Below, piece after piece: positions 11,491 to 25,397 of a stretch of DNA of 64,000 nt. The position numbers were made by a program, and so were the translations under genes. The stretch spans positions 8,680,001 through 8,744,000 of the forward strand of contig NC_086108.1 in assembly GCF_963921235.1 (NCBI RefSeq), given 5' to 3'. Origin of the DNA: Mobula hypostoma. Lineage: Eukaryota. The notes below the pieces were generated by a model that saw only the letters and a program-made list of their open reading frames with translations, had not been told where the DNA came from and searched no databases. The stretch's first letter is position 1, and each line of letters starts with the position of its first letter.

Positions 11491-11914
11491 GCAATAAATA
11501 TTGAGAAGATGAGATGAAGAGTTCCTAGGTGAATCCATTGGCTAAGAACGATTCAGGGATGGGGTGAGTGAAGTTATCCCCTTTGGGTCAGGAGCCTGAC
11601 GGGTAAGGGTGGTAACTGCTCCTCGACCATTATTTCTGGCAGCTCATTCCTTTGTGTGAAGAACCTTTGCCTGATCTCTCTTTTAAATCTTTCTCCTCTG
11701 ATCTTAAACCAATGTCTTTTTATTTTTAAGTAGCCTCCTCCCTGTGAAAAAGACAGAGAGCTTTTGCCCTCTCTGTAACCCTCATGATCTTGTACACATC
11801 TGTCAGGTCACCCATAGTCTCCTAGTTCCAGGGAATGAAGTCTGAGTCTCTCCTTGGAACCTCTCCTTGTAACTCAGACCCCAAGTCCAGGTAACATCCT
11901 GGTAAATGTTTTCT

Positions 11915-12041
11915 TCGAAGGGTCTCGGCCTAAAACGTCGACTGCACTTCTTCCTAGAGATGCTGCCTGGCCTGCTGCGTTCACCAGCAACTTTTATGTG
12001 TGTTGCTTGAATTTCCAGCATTTGTAGAATTCCTGTTGTTT
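11915..12041 (+). mobile_element. Short Penelope pLTR 3'-end insertion starting within the hammerhead
   Basis: CGAAGGGTCTCGGCCTAAAACGTCGACTG...GAATTCCTGTTGTTT matches the pLTR at 25266-25400. Confidence 0.8.
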
Positions 12042-12122
12042 GATGGCAGAAATAAATATCAATATAATAACCATGTGTATGCTTCACCACTATTTCCCCC
12101 CAGGAAACCTAAATATTTCAAA

Positions 12123-13655
12123 AAGATTCAAGATTCAAAAAACTTCATTATCACTCTATCCGTACATCAGCTCTGCAGGGCAGAATGAGACAGCGTTTCC
12201 CAGGAGCAGTGCAATCATAACATAACAAACGCAACACTAAATAATAAACATAACAATAAATAGTAAAACACAACAGCCACATGTCAGTTAAAATCAAGTT
12301 ATAAGTGTCCAGTGCAAGTTAAAAGTGTCCAAAGCAGAGTCAGGTGGAGCAGCTATTTAGCAGTCTGACTGCCTGTGGGAGGAAGCTGTTTAGTAGCCTT
12401 GTGGTTTTAGTTTTGATGCTCCTGTAACGTTTGCCTGATGGCAGAAGAACAAACAGTTCATGGAGAGGGTGTGAGGGGTCTTTAATGATGTACCGTGTCT
12501 TCTGGAGGCATTGACTCTGAAAGGGGTCTTGAACAGAAGGTAGGGAGACCCCAATAACCTTCTCTGCTCCCCTAACCACCCTCTGCAAGGCTTTTTTGTC
12601 GACAGCACTGCAGCTGGAGTACCAGGTTGTGATGCAAAAGGTCAGCACACTCTCAACCACGCCTCTGTAGAATGTAGTTAAGGTGTTAGTGGGGAGTGAT
12701 GCTTGTTTAAGCTTCCTCAGAAAGTGCAATCTCTGCTGGGCCCGTTTCACAATCCCAGTGGTGTTCCTGGACCAGGTGAGATTGTCCGAGATCTGCACCC
12801 CAAGGAACTTGATGCTTTCCACTCTCTCCACTGTGGAGCCACTGATGCTGAGGGGTGTGTGCTCAGGCTGAGACCGTCTGAAATCGACGATCATCTCCTT
12901 GGTTTTGGTGACATTAAGCATCAAGTTGTTATCACTGCACCAACTCTCTAGGTGTTTGACCTCCTCATAGTTTCATCATTTTTGCTGATGAGCCCCACCA
13001 CTGTGGTATCATCAGCAAATTTAATGATCAGGTTCTCCTTGAATCTGGCTGCACAGTCATGTGTTAGCAGTGTAAACAGCAATGGGCTAAGCACACAGCC
13101 TTGTGGGGATCCAGTGCACAGTGTGATGGAATCAGAGATGTTCCTGCCAACACAGACTGACTGTGGTCTCTCTGTCAAGAAATCCAGAATCCAGCGACAC
13201 ATGGCAGTGCTAAGGCCAAGCAGCGACAGTTTCTCCACTAGTCTCTGCGGGATGATGGTATTGAACGCTGAACTGAAATCAATGTACAGGATTCTGGCAT
13301 GTGTCCTTGTTGTCCAAGTGAGAGAGAACTGTGTGCAGTGTGGAGGATATTGTGACCTCTGTAGAGCGATTTGGACGATAAGCAAACTGTAGAGGATTCA
13401 GCGATGAGGGGAGGCTGGCTGTGATATGAGGCTTGACAAGCCGTTCAAAACATTTCATCACTATGGGGGTCAGGGCAACGGGACGGTAATCATTCAGACA
13501 GGCTACAACTGATTTCTTTGCTACAGGGATGATTGTGGTGGTTCTGAAGCATCTGGGGACAATGGCTTGACGAAGGGAGATGTTGAAAATGTCTGTCAGG
13601 ACATCTGCTAATACATCAGCACATTCCTTGAGCACACGTCCAGGGATGTTTGCCC
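12123..13655 (-). mobile_element. Rex1/Babar-type LINE, RT domain to 3' tail, with frameshifts
   Basis: [67 protein letters not shown]; (TTGAATC)n tail. Confidence 0.92.
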
Positions 13656-13659
13656 CCTT

Positions 13660-15028
13660 TTTGCGTATAGGTGTCCAATCCATCAAACTGTTTGTAAGAC
13701 ATGCATTCAAAAGCTGCCACTTTGGCTATTTCTGTGGCCCACTCCTGAAATGATGGTCCCCCCAAGTTCCTCCAACTTCTGAGTATAATTTGTTTTCCTA
13801 CCATTACACTTGCCTGGGTCCAATTTTAAGAGTGTTTATCCCCCAAGTAACCCAAGTGTGTCTCCCAAGACAAAAAGTCTGGGGCAGAAAGGGAGTAGAA
13901 TACCCGAAACTTCACCGATATACTTACGTATCATAATCCAAAATTCTTGAATTCTGGGACAGGACCAGAGTGCATGTACTAAGTCCCCTTCATCCACCTC
14001 ACAGAGCCAGCATTCAGGGGCGTTTTTCAACCCTAATCTATCTAACTTTGCTGGAGTCCAATAGAAACGGTGTAGGATCTTAAACTGAATAAGGCACACC
14101 CTCAGGTCTCTTGACATTGTTTTGACATGTTTGCAAATTTTGTCCCACTCTTTTGTCTCAAAAGTCACACTCAGGTCTTTTTCCCATGCTCTTTTAAGAC
14201 CCGACAGAATTTTGTCCCCGGAGATTTGTGTTAAAGCTGAATAATAAGTTGAAGCTTTGTGATTTTTACCATATGCAGCCAGTGAGGGGGAGGGAACGTC
14301 GACTCAGACCTTGGGAGACATGCGTCAGGCATTTTCATACCTTACAAGGCGCAGATTGGAAGTCTGTGTGGGTATGCAGCCAGTACAGTAGACAATATCG
14401 TAACAACTTGTGGGGGTTGCTGTGTAGAACCAGAAGTTGTATGTAGCAAATGAAGCAGTTGAAGATATCTCCAAAATTGTGACTCAGAAATATTTGATTA
14501 TATATTTTTTAAAATATATAAATAAATCAAATTAAATATTTGATAAAATAACTAAGGCTTTTATTTGGAATGGTAATGCCCAAGCTTAAACTTTAACAAA
14601 ATACAATTGCCAGTTGGGGGGGGGGGGCGGCGGTTGAGGTTTGCCAAAGTTAATAAACTATTATTGTGCCTTTACTCTTAAACATTTAGCACGTTGGTCT
14701 CTCCCTCCAGAGAGAGCGCCCCCTTGGTATCATATTGAGTGTTCTGCTCTTCCTCCCATCCCTCCAGTAAAATCTTTGTCTATCAAGTTACCTCCTGAGG
14801 CAGGGTCTCACCCAGTTATATCGCATATGCATTTGTTCTGGAATAAACTAGCCAGATTATTTAAATTTAATCCATATTTGAATGAAGCCTCGAGTATCTG
14901 GATGAATCCAAAGTTGTGTATTGATAAGCCCCCTTTCTTCTGGAGTGCATGGCAAGGGAAAGGCATAATTAAATTGGGAGACCTTTATAATGGTGATAGT
15001 TTAAAATCTTTTAATCAATTAATCCAAA
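13660..15028. mobile_element. L1/Tx1-clade LINE ORF2 fragment with a 5' inversion (minus 13660-14500, plus 14520-15028)
   Basis: Minus segment: FWRYLQL, AWEKDL, QFKILHR, zinc knuckle CWLC...HALWSC. Plus segment: LPKLINYY, IWMNPKL, WQGKGIIKLGDL, LKSFNQL. Confidence 0.8.
14284..14372. mobile_element. 89-bp insertion into the L1 fragment
   Basis: 12-bp TSD TATGCAGCCAGT (14272-14283, 14373-14384); removing it restores the L1 frame (TVLAAYGKNHKASTYY). Confidence 0.75.
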
Positions 15029-15879
15029 GTCTGCACTCTTTCTGGTTTGGAACGGAGAACAATACAGGTCCTTTGGCCTACAATGTTGTGCTGATCTTTT
15101 AACCTACACTAAGATCTAACCCTTCCCCTACAGGTGGTCCCCCATTTTCCATCATCCACATGCCTATCTAAGAGTTTCTCAGGTGTCCCTATTGTATCTG
15201 CCTCTTCCACCACCACTGGCAGGGCGTCCCACGCACCTGTAAAGAACTTACCTCTGACATCCCCCCGTACTTTTCTTCCGATCACCTTAAAATTGTGCTC
15301 TCTTGTATTAGCCATTTCCTCTCTGGGAAAGTCTTTGGCTGTCCACTCTACTCTATCTATGCCTCTTGTCATCTTAAATTGAATTGAATTGACTTTATTA
15401 CTTACATCCTTCATATACATGAGGAGTTAAAATCCATCTAAATGTGCAATGTGCAATTTCTAGTAACTTATAATAAATTGTATGTACAAAACGATAGTCA
15501 ATATAACACAGAAATGTAGTTTTGTCAGCATGAGTTGATTAGTCTGATGGCCTGATGGAAGAAGCTGTCCCAGAGCCTGTTAGTCCTGGCTTTTATGCTG
15601 CGGTACCAGTTCTCGGGTGGAAGCAGCTGGAGCAGTTTGTGGTTGGGGTGACTCAGGTCCCCAAGGATCCTTCAGGCCCTTTTTACACACCTGTCTTTGT
15701 AAATATTCCGAATCGTGGCAAGTTCACATCTACTCTCTGCAGAGTCCTACGAATGAGGGAAGTACAGTTCCCATACTAGGCAGTGATACAGCCAGTTAAG
15801 ATGCTCTCAATTGTGCCCCTACAGAAAGTTCTTAGGATTTGCGGGCCCACACCAAACTTCTTCAACCGTCTGAGGTGAA

Positions 15880-16074
15880 GAAGAAGAAGAAGAATAGCCC
15901 TTAACTCGCAGTGGAGTTATCGGGGCACCATCATGACGGCGTTTCCGTGGCAAGCTATTCTTGTTTTTACGAGGCCGAGTTGCTAGCTCGACGCTCAACC
16001 CGACTTGGATTCGATCTCTGGAACCTTCACGCCGGAGTCCGGCACTGACATTATTGCGCCACCCAAGCGGGACA
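15880..16074 (-). mobile_element. tRNA-derived SINE with (TTC)n tail, inserted in a Rex-type fragment (about 15377-16190)
   Basis: A-box-like TGGCGCAATAATG and B-box-like GATCGAATCC; 12-bp TSD GTCTGAGGTGAA (15868-15879, 16075-16086). Confidence 0.8.
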
Positions 16075-16311
16075 GTCTGAGGTGAAAGAGGCGCTTTAAG
16101 CTGTTCACCCTCTCAACCCAGATCCATTGTTGTCAATAGGGTCCAGTCTGCCTCCATTCCTCCTGTAGTCCACAAACAGCTCCTTTGTTTGATGGAGTGT
16201 CCTTGTACGCTCTATCAGGTCACCTCTCATCCTCCTTGGCTCTAAAGAGAAAAGCCCTAGCTCATCCAGCCTATCTTCTTAGGACATTCTCTGTAATCCA
16301 GGCAGCACCCT

Positions 16312-16594
16312 GGGGCGGCACTGTAGCTCAGCAGTTAGCACAACGCTTTGTAGTAAAGGTGACCCAGGTTCAATTCCCGCGGCTGCCTGTAAGGAGTTTG
16401 TAGATTCTCCCCATGACCGTGTGGGTTTCCTCCAGGTGCTCTGGTTTCCTCCCACAGCCCAAAGATGTACCGGTTAGTAGGTTAATTGGACATTGTAAAT
16501 TAGGCTAGGGTTAAATGGGGGATTGCTGGGCGGCACGACTTCAAAGGCTGAAATGACCTATTCCATGCTGATTCACAATAAATAAATAAATAAA
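16312..16594 (+). mobile_element. V-SINE/HE1-like SINE
   Basis: tRNA-like head (GTAGCTCAGCAGTTAG...GGTTCAATTCCC), conserved central domain, CR1-like 3' end and (TAAA)n tail. Confidence 0.85.
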
Positions 16595-17104
16595 TCTCCT
16601 CTGGACTTTCTCTAAAGCTTCCTCATCTTTCGTACAGCAGGACGACCAAAACTGCATACAAAACTCTGAGTGTGGAACATGGGCCTGTTTTGCCGGTGTT
16701 GTTTCATTGCTTGTGTTCTGCGTTGTTCTGCCAAGGTTCTGGGCATGTTTTGTTGGCGCCCGAATGTGTAGTGACACTTGTGTGTGTTGGTTGTTAACAC
16801 AAATGGTGCATTTCACTATGTTTCGATGTACATGTGATAAATCAACCTGAATCTGAAGACACTTTAGTAACTTCAGCTTAATTTATTATTCCCCGTTACT
16901 GTGATGGGAATTGAACCTGATTCATTTGGACTCTGGTCTGTATGCAATCCAGCCTGCAGGTGGGGTCTTTCCTCATGTGATGCAAAGGCCTTTCAGTTCT
17001 TTGTTAACCAAGTCAGGGTGAAACTGACCCCAGTCAGACAGTTCCACTGTTTGAGGGGTGTGAACACCCTGATCACTAGCAAAGACTGGTGTATCATATA
17101 GAAC

Positions 17105-17957
17105 ATCTATCTATCTATCTATCCATCTATTTTCTGTCTACCTATCTATTTATCTATCTACTTTATATCTATCTATCCATCTTCTGTCTATTTGTCTATC
17201 TATCCACCTCTCACTATCTGTATCTATCTATACCTATCTCCCCATCTCTCTATCTATCTAGAACTATGTATCTCTATTTGTATCTATCTGTCTATCTATA
17301 TCTCTCTTTCTGCCCTCTATCTGTCAATTTATCTCTCTTTCTATCTATCTATCTACCTATCTTTCTGCCTGTCTATCTATCTATCTGTCTGTCTGTGTAT
17401 CTATCATCTGTCTATCTATCTGTCTGTCTATCTCTCTATTTATCTACCCGTCTATCTATCTATTTATCTATTTGTGTCTATCTATCAGTCTGTCTATCTG
17501 TCTGTCCATCTATCTATCTGTCTCTCTTTCTATCGATCCATCTGTCTGTCCATCTATCTGTCTCTCTTTCTATCTATCCATCTATCTGTCTATCTATCTG
17601 ACTGTCTATCTGACTGTCTATCTATCTGTCTATCTATCTACCTTTCTATCTAGTATATCTAGCTGTCTATCTTTCTATCTATCTGTCTGTCTACCCATCT
17701 ATCAGTCTGTCTCTCTATCTATCTGTCTCCAACTGGCTTTCCATCTATCTATCTGTCTATCTACTTATCTATCTGTCTGTCTATCTATCTATCTGTCTAT
17801 CTGTCTGTCTATCAGTCAGTCTGTCTGTCTGTCTGTCTATGTCTGTCTATCTATCTATCGGTCTATCTGTCTATCTGTCTGTCTGTCTGTCTATCTGTCT
17901 GTCTATCTGTCTGTCTGTCTATCTGTCTGTCTATCTGTCTATCTGTCTATCTATCTA

Positions 17958-17988
<31 letters not shown>

Positions 17989-18095
17989 GTCTATCTGTTT
18001 GTCTATCTATCTGTCTGTCTATCTATCTATCGGTCTATCTCTCTATCTGTCTGTCTATCTATCTATCAGTCTATCTCTCTATCTGTATATCTCTC
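17105..18095. repeat. Compound (TCTA)n/(TCTG)n microsatellite
   Basis: Directly visible. Confidence 0.97.
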
Positions 18096-18261
18096 GCTGG
18101 TACTGTAAAGCGTTGTGCTAACCACTACACTACCGTGCCACCCACAAACAAAAGCTCGAGCCAAACCCATAGCACACACACGGAACAGTCCAGGCCCTTC
18201 AGCCCACAGTGAGCTGCTGACCTTTACCCTACTCTAAAACCAATCTAACCCTTCGTTCTTA

Positions 18262-18738
18262 CATCATCATCATCGTTACGCGCCGTGTCGTACAACTTGG
18301 GCGATCATGGTCCTTCCATGAACATGATTGTTCTTGGCAATTACTTCCACAGAAGTGGTTTGCCTTTGCCTTCTTCTACAGCAAGGGTTCCCAATGCTTG
18401 TTATGCCATGGACCCCAACCATTACCTGACGAGTCCATGAACCCCAGGTTGGGAACCTCTGTTCTTGACAGTATCTTTACACGATGGGTGACCCCAGCCA
18501 TTATGAACACTCTTCAAAGATTGCCTGGCGTCAGTTGGCCCATAACCGGGACTTGTGATATGAACCAGCTACTCATACGACCATCCATCACCAGATCCCA
18601 TGGCTTCATGTGACCCTGATCTTGGGAGAAGGGCAAAGCAGATGCTACACCTTGCCCAAGGGCGACCTGCAAGCTAGCGGAGGGAAGGAGCACCTTACAC
18701 CTCCTTTGGTGGAGTTGTGTCCCCATCCCACCACCGAA
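18262..18738 (-). mobile_element. RTE/BovB-related non-autonomous retroposon; second copy at 40733-41103
   Basis: GAAGAAGGCAA(A/T)GGCAAACCACTTCTG...TTGCCAA motif, (GAT)n tail; two homologous copies in the window. Confidence 0.65.
18382..18461. mobile_element. 80-bp hAT/Charlie-like MITE
   Basis: Terminal inverted repeats CAAGGGTTCCCAA / TTGGGAACCTCTG with degenerate TTCTAGAN-like flanks; absent from the sister SINE at 40733. Confidence 0.55.
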
Positions 18739-19624
18739 CCATCCTAAATAGCCCTCTATTTTTCTATCATCCATGTGTGTATTTAAGAGTTTCTTAAATG
18801 TCCCTTGGCATCTCCCTAGAACAAGGGGTTTAGGTGGGGTGGAGTTTGTTAGGTGTGTTCAGGAAGGTTTCTTGACACAATATGTAGATAAGCCTACAAG
18901 AGGAGAGGCTGTACTTGATCTGCTATTGGGAAATGAACCTGGTCAGGTGTCAGGTCTCTCAGTGGGAGGGCATTTTGGAGATAGTGATCACAATTTTATC
19001 TCCTTTACCATAGCATTGGAGAGGGATAGGAACAGACACGTTAAGAAAGTAAGGGGAAATATGAAATTATCAGGCAGGAACTTGGAAACATAAATTGGGA
19101 ACAGACATTCTCAGGGAAATGTACAGCAGAAATGTGGCAAATGTTCAGGGGATATTTGCATGGTGTTTTGCATAGGTATGTTTCAATGAGACAGGGAAAG
19201 GATGGTAGGGTACAGGAACCGTGGTGTACAAAGGCTGTTGAAAATCTAGTCAAGAAAAGCTTACGAAAGGTTCAAAAAACTAGGTAATGATAGAGATCTA
19301 GAAGATTACAAGGCTAACAGGAAGGAGCTTAAGAATGAAATTAGGAGAGCCAGAAGGGGCTATGAGAAGGCCTTGGTGAGCAGGATTAAAGAAAACCCCA
19401 AGGAATTCTACAAGTATGTGAAGAGCAAGAGGTTAAGACTTATAGTGGATTGAAAAACTTGAGCATATAGACATTAAGAAAGAGGATGTGCTGGAGCTTT
19501 TGGAAAGTATCAAGTCGGATAAGTTTCCGGGACCAGACAAGATATACTCCAGGCTACTGTGGGAGGCGAGGGAGGAGATTGCTGAGCCTCTGGCGATGAT
19601 CTTTGCCTCATCAATGGGGATGGT

Positions 19625-22211
19625 GGATGGTATTTTTGCGTCTGTATTTACTAAGGAAACTGGCATGAAGTCTATGGAATTAGGGGAAACAAGTAGTGAG
19701 ATCATGGAAACTGTACAGATTGAAAAGGAGGAGGTGCTTGCTGTCTTGAGGAAAATTAAAGTGGATAAATCCCCGGGACCTGACAGGGTGTTCCCTCGGA
19801 CCTTGAAGGAGACTAGTGTTGAAATTGCAGGGGCCCTGGCAGAAATATTTAAAATGTTGCTGTCTACAGGTGAGTTGCTGGAGGATTGGAGAGTGGCTCA
19901 TGTTGTTCCGTTGTTTAAAAAAGGATCGAAAAGTAATCCGTGAAATTATAGGCCAGTAAGTTTAATGTCGGTAGTAGGTAAGTTATTGGAGGGAGTACTA
20001 AGAGGCAGAATCTACAAGTATTTGGATAGACAGAGACTTGTCAGGGAGAGTCAACATGGCTTTGGGCGTGGTAGGTCATGTTTGACCAATCTATTGGAGT
20101 TTTTCGAGGAGGTTACCAGGAAAGTGGATGAAGGGAAGGCAGTGGATATTGTCTACATGGACTTCAGTAAGGCCTTTGACAAGGTCCCGCATGGGAGGAT
20201 AGTTAGGAAAATTCAGTCGCTAGGTATACATGGAGAGGTGGTAAATTGGATCAGACATTGGCTCGAAGGAAGAAGCCAGAGAGTGGTGGTAGAAAATTGC
20301 TTCTCCGAGTGGAGGCCTGTGACTAGTGGTGTGCCACAGGGATCAGTGCTGGGTCCATTGTTATTTGTCATCTATATCAATGATCTGGATGATAATGTGG
20401 TAAATTGGATCAGCAAGTTTGCTGATGATACAAAGATTGGAGGTGTAGTAGACAGCGAGGAAGGTTTTCAGAGCCTGCAGAGGGACTTGGACTAGCTGGA
20501 AAAATGGGTGAAAAATGGCAGATGGAGTTTAATACAGACAAGTGTGAGGTATTGCACGTTGGAAGGACAACCCAAGGTAGAACATACAGGGTTAATGGTA
20601 AGGCACTGAGGAGTGCAGTGGAACAGAGGGATCTGGGAATATAGATACAAAATTCCCTAAAATTAGCATCACAGGTAGATAGGGTCGTAAAGAGAGCTTT
20701 TGGTACATTGGCCTTTATTAATCAAAGTATTGAGTACAAGAGCTGGAATGTTATGATGAGGTTGTATAAGGCATTAGTGAGGCCGAATCTGGAGTATTGT
20801 GTTCAGTTTTGGTCACCAAATTACAGGAAGGATATTGTGACAAGAATACACAATAGATTAAGATGTTAGCTGTCCTGTGTGATCAGCAGTTGGTCTGCCA
20901 CCTGTCTACAGGAGAGAGAGAGATAAGGAAAACAATGGAGCAACATTTGGAGATGTGTAATGAAGGGACGGGAGAGAGAGCTGTCTAGAGCGGCTCCCCC
21001 TTTGAACCCTGAACTGTTTGAAGTGATGGACAGGCGATACCCCAGCAGGGGGGTAAAAAGGGACCGGTTCGCTAAGGCAGGACATACACGACACCTGAGG
21101 TAACGAGACCCTGGAAGCGGTGCGCCTCTCACCAGTCGGTGGGAAGCTTTTGGACGGCTGATCGCGGAATCAAGCCTTAAACGCACAGGGTGGAAAGGCA
21201 CGATCGGCGGGAACCTGGTGTGTGTCCACCCTTGCCTGGGTGCCAGGTTCAGCGCAGGGAAACGATCGTATCTGGAAATGGAGGGGGTCACGGTCGGTGA
21301 CCTCAGATGACATCACAAAGGACTCACCCGAAAGCTGACTGCAAAGGTCTGTGTGGAAGCTGTGTTGAATATTCATTCGTTTTGCTCTCTCTCCTCCCCC
21401 CCACCCCCACTGTCCATCGCCACGGCAATGATTACTGCGAACTGAACTAAATTGAACTGGACCTTGTGTTACTTTGAAACTGGTCATTTACCCCTAGACA
21501 ACGATAGAGCTTGATTGATCCTGTTATCTGAATTCTGTGTACATGTATGTTTATCATTGCTGAACTGTTGCATTCATTATCCTTTTGATTAAGAGTACTG
21601 TGTTGCTTGTTTCTTTAATAAAACTTTCATAGTTCTAGTAATCCAGACTCCAACTGAGTGATCCATTTCTGCTGGTTTGGCAACCCAGTTATTGGGTACG
21701 TAACAATATTAATAAGGTTGAAAGAGTGCAGAGAAGGTTTACAAGGATGTTGCTGGGACTTGAGAAACTCAGTTACAGAGAAAGGTTGAATAGGTTAGGA
21801 CTTTATTCCCTGGAGCGTAGAAGAATGAGGGGAGATTTGATAGAGGTATATAAAATTATGATGGGTATAGATAGAGTGAATGCAAGCAGGCTTTTTCCAC
21901 TGAGGCAAGGGGAGAAAAAAACCAGAGGACATGGGTTAAGGGTGAGGGGGAAAAGTTTAAAGGGAACATTAGCGGGGGCTTCTTCACACAGAGAGTGGTG
22001 GGAGTATGGAATGAGCTGCCAGACGAGGTGGTAAATGCGGGTTCTTTTTTAACATTTATGAATAAATTGGATAGATACATGGATGAGAGGTGTATGGAGG
22101 GATATGGTCTGTGTGCAGGTCAGTGGGACTAGGCAGAAAATGGTTCGGCACAGCCACGAAGGGCCAAAGGGCCTGTTTCTGTGCTGTAGTTTCTATGGTT
22201 CTATAGTTCTA
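19625..22211 (+). mobile_element. 5'-truncated CR1 LINE (RT) containing a solo LTR
   Basis: [37 protein letters not shown]; (TTCTATRG)n tail. Confidence 0.92.
20836..21705 (+). mobile_element. Solo LTR (870 bp), Gypsy- or ERV-like
   Basis: TGTGAC...GTAACA termini, 4-bp TSD ATAT (20832-20835, 21706-21709), AATAAA near 21617; removal restores CR1 RKDINKVER. Confidence 0.9.
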
Positions 22212-25200
22212 TGGTTGCAGATGTTGTTCCCTTATTCAAGAAAGGGAGTAGAGAGAGCCAAGAAAATTATAGACCAGTGAGTCTTACTTCAGTGGTTGGT
22301 AAGTTGATGGAAAAGGTCCTGAGAGGCAGGATTTATGAACATTTGGAGAGGCATAATATGATTAGGAATAGTCAACATGGCTTTGTCAAAGGAAGGATTA
22401 GAGCAGGGGGCAGGGATTCAAGTTTTTGGATCATTGGGACCTCTTTTGGCGCAGGCGTGACCTGTACAAAAAGGACGGGTTACACTTGAATCCTAGGGGG
22501 ACCAATATCCTGGCAGGGAGATTAGCGTGGCTACTGAGGTGACTTTAAACTAGAATGGTTGGGGGGTGGGAATCAAATTAAAGAGGCTAGGCGAGAGGAG
22601 GTTAGTTCACAACAGTGGGATGGGAACCAGTGCAGAGAGATAGAGGGGTGTAAAATGAGGGTAGAAGCAAAAAGTAGTAAGGTGAAAAGTAAAAGTGGCA
22701 GGCCGACAAATCCAGGGCAAGCATCAAAAAGGGCCACTTTTCAACATAATTGTATAAGGGCTAAGAGAGTTGTAAAAGAGCGCCTGAAGGCTTTGTGTGT
22801 CAATGCAAGGAGCATTCGTAACAAGGTGGATGAATTGAAAGTGCAGATTGTTATTAATGATTATGATATAGTTGGGATCACAGAGACATGGCTCCAGGGT
22901 GACCAGGGATGGGAGCTCAACATTCAGGGATATTCAATATTCAGGAGGGATAAACATGAAGGAAGGGGAGGTGGGGTGGCGTTGCTGGTTAGAGAGGAGA
23001 TTAACGCAATAGAAAGGAAGGACATAAGCCAGGAAGGTGTGGAATCGATATGGGTAGAGCTGCATAACACTAAGGGGCAGAAAACGCTGGTGGGAGTTGT
23101 GTACAGGCCACCTAACAGTAGTAGTGAGGTTGGGGATGGTATTAAACAGGAAATTAGAAATGTGTGCAATAAAGGAACAGCAGTTATAATGGGTGACTTC
23201 AATCTACATGCAGATTAGGTGAACCAAATTGGTAAGGGTGCTGAGGAAGAGGATTTCTTGGAATGTATGCGGGATGGTTTTTTGAACCAACATGTCGAGG
23301 AACCAACTAGAGAGCAGGCTATTCTAGACTGGGTATTGAGCAATGAGGAAGGGTTAATTAGCAATCTTGTCGTGAGAGGCCCCTTGGGTAAGAGTGACCA
23401 TAATATGGTGGAATTCTTCATTGAGATGGACAGTGACATAGTTAATTCAGAAACAAAGGTTCTGAACTTAAAGAAGGGTAACTTTGAAGGTATGAGACGT
23501 GAATTAGCTAAGATAGACTGGCAAATGACACTTAAAGGGTTGACAGTGGATATGCAATGGCAAGCATTTAAAGATCGCATGGATGAACTACGACAATTGT
23601 TCATCCCAGTTTGGGAAAAGAATAAATCAAGGAAGGTAGTGCACCCGTGGCTGACAAGGGAAATTAGGGATAGTATCAATTTCAAAGAAGAAGCATACAA
23701 ATTAGCCAGAAAAAGTGGCTCACCTGAGGACTGGGAGAAATTCAGAGTTCAGCAGAGGAGGACAAAGGGCTTAATTAGGAAGGGGAAAAAAGATTATGAG
23801 AGAAAACTGGCGGGGAACATAAAAACTGACTGTAAAAGCTTTTATAGATATGTGAAAAGAAAAAGATTGGTTAAGACAAATGTAGGTCCCCTACAGACAG
23901 AAACAGGTGAATTGATTATGGGGAGCAAGGACATGGCAGACCAATTGAATAATTACTTTGGTTCTGTCTTCACTAAGGAGGACATAAATAATCTTCCGGA
24001 AATAGTAGGGGACAGAGGGTCCAGTGAGATGGAGAAACTGAGGGAAATACATGTTAGTAGGGAAGTGGTGTTAGGTAAATTGAAGGGATTAAAGGCAGAT
24101 AAATCCCCAGGGCCAGATGGTCTGCATCCCAGAGTGCTTAAGGAAGTAGCCCAAGAAATAGTGGATGCATTAGTGATAATTTTTCAAAACTCGTTAGATT
24201 CTGGACTAGTTCCTGAGGATTGGAGGGTGGCTAATGTAACCCCACTTTTTAAAAAAGGAGAGAGAGAGAAACCGGGGAATTATAGACCGGTTAGCCTAAC
24301 ATCGGTGGTGGGGAAACTGCTAGAGTCAGTTATCAAAGATGTGATAACTGCACATTTGGAAAGCGGTGAAATCATCGGACAAAGTCAGCATGGATTTGTG
24401 AAAGGAAAATCATGTCTGACAAATCTCATAGAATTTTTTTGAGGATGTAACTAGTAGAGTGGATAGGGGAGAACCAGTGGATGTGGTATATTTGGATTTT
24501 CAAAAGGCTTTTGACAAGGTCCCACACAGGAGATTAGTGTGCAAACTTAAAGCACATGGTATTGCGGGTAAGGTATTGGTGTGGATAGAGAAATGGTTGG
24601 CAGACAGGAAGCAAAGAGTGGGAATAAACGGGACCTTTTCAGAATGGCAGGCAGTGACTAGTGGGGTACCGCAAGGCTCAGTGCTGGAACCCCAGTTGTG
24701 TACAATATATATTAATGACTTGGATGAGGGAATTAAATGCAGCATCTCCAAGTTTGCGGCTGACACGAAGCTGGGTGGCAGTGTTAGCTGTGAGGAGGAT
24801 GCTAAGAGGATGCAAGGTGACTTGGATAGGTTAGGTGAGTGGGCAAATTCATGGCAGATGAAATTCAATGTGGATAAATGTGAAGTTATCCACTTTGGTG
24901 GCAAAAACAGGAAAACAGATTATTATCTGAATAGTGGCCTATTAGGAAAAGGGGAGGTGCAACGAGACCTGGGTTTCATTATACACCAGTCATTGAAAGT
25001 GGGCATGCAGGTACAGCAGGCGGTGAAAAAGGCGAATGATATGCTGGCATTTATAGCAAGAGGATTTGAGTACAGGAGCAGGGAGGTACTACTGCAGTTG
25101 TACAAGGCCTTGGTGAGATCACACCTGGAGTATTGTGTGCAGTTTTGGTCCCCTAATCTGAGGAAAGACATCTTTGCCATAGAGGGAGTACGAAGAAGGT

Positions 25201-25363
25201 TCACCAGATTGATTCCTGGGATGGCAGGACTTTCATATGATGAAAGACTGGATGAACTAGGCTCAAACAACAGGAATTCTGCAGATGCTGGAAATTCAAG
25301 CAACACACATCAAAGTTGCTGGTGAACGCAGCAGGCCAGGCAGCATCTGTAGGAAGAGGTGCG

Positions 25364-25397
25364 GTCGACGTTTCAGGCCCAGACCCTTCGTCAGGAC
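25364..25397 (-). ncRNA. Minimal type I hammerhead ribozyme in Penelope pLTR (core intact)
   Basis: GTC-CTGACGA-AGG GTCTGGG CCT-GAAA-CG-TC-GAC: CUGANGA and GAAA boxes, palindromic ACGU stem III, GUC cleavage triplet. Confidence 0.8.

Noticed and set aside
12340..12924. Host enzyme gene
   Set aside because: It is the C-terminal part of a Rex1/Babar RT ORF, contiguous with RT motifs and present in many fragments in the window.
15990..16074. tRNA gene (also 16312-16385)
   Set aside because: A/B-box-like heads belong to SINEs with tails; no complete cloverleaf.
22559..25265. Active CR1 element
   Set aside because: Premature stop, frameshift, mutated FADD motif, 5' truncation and a Penelope insertion.
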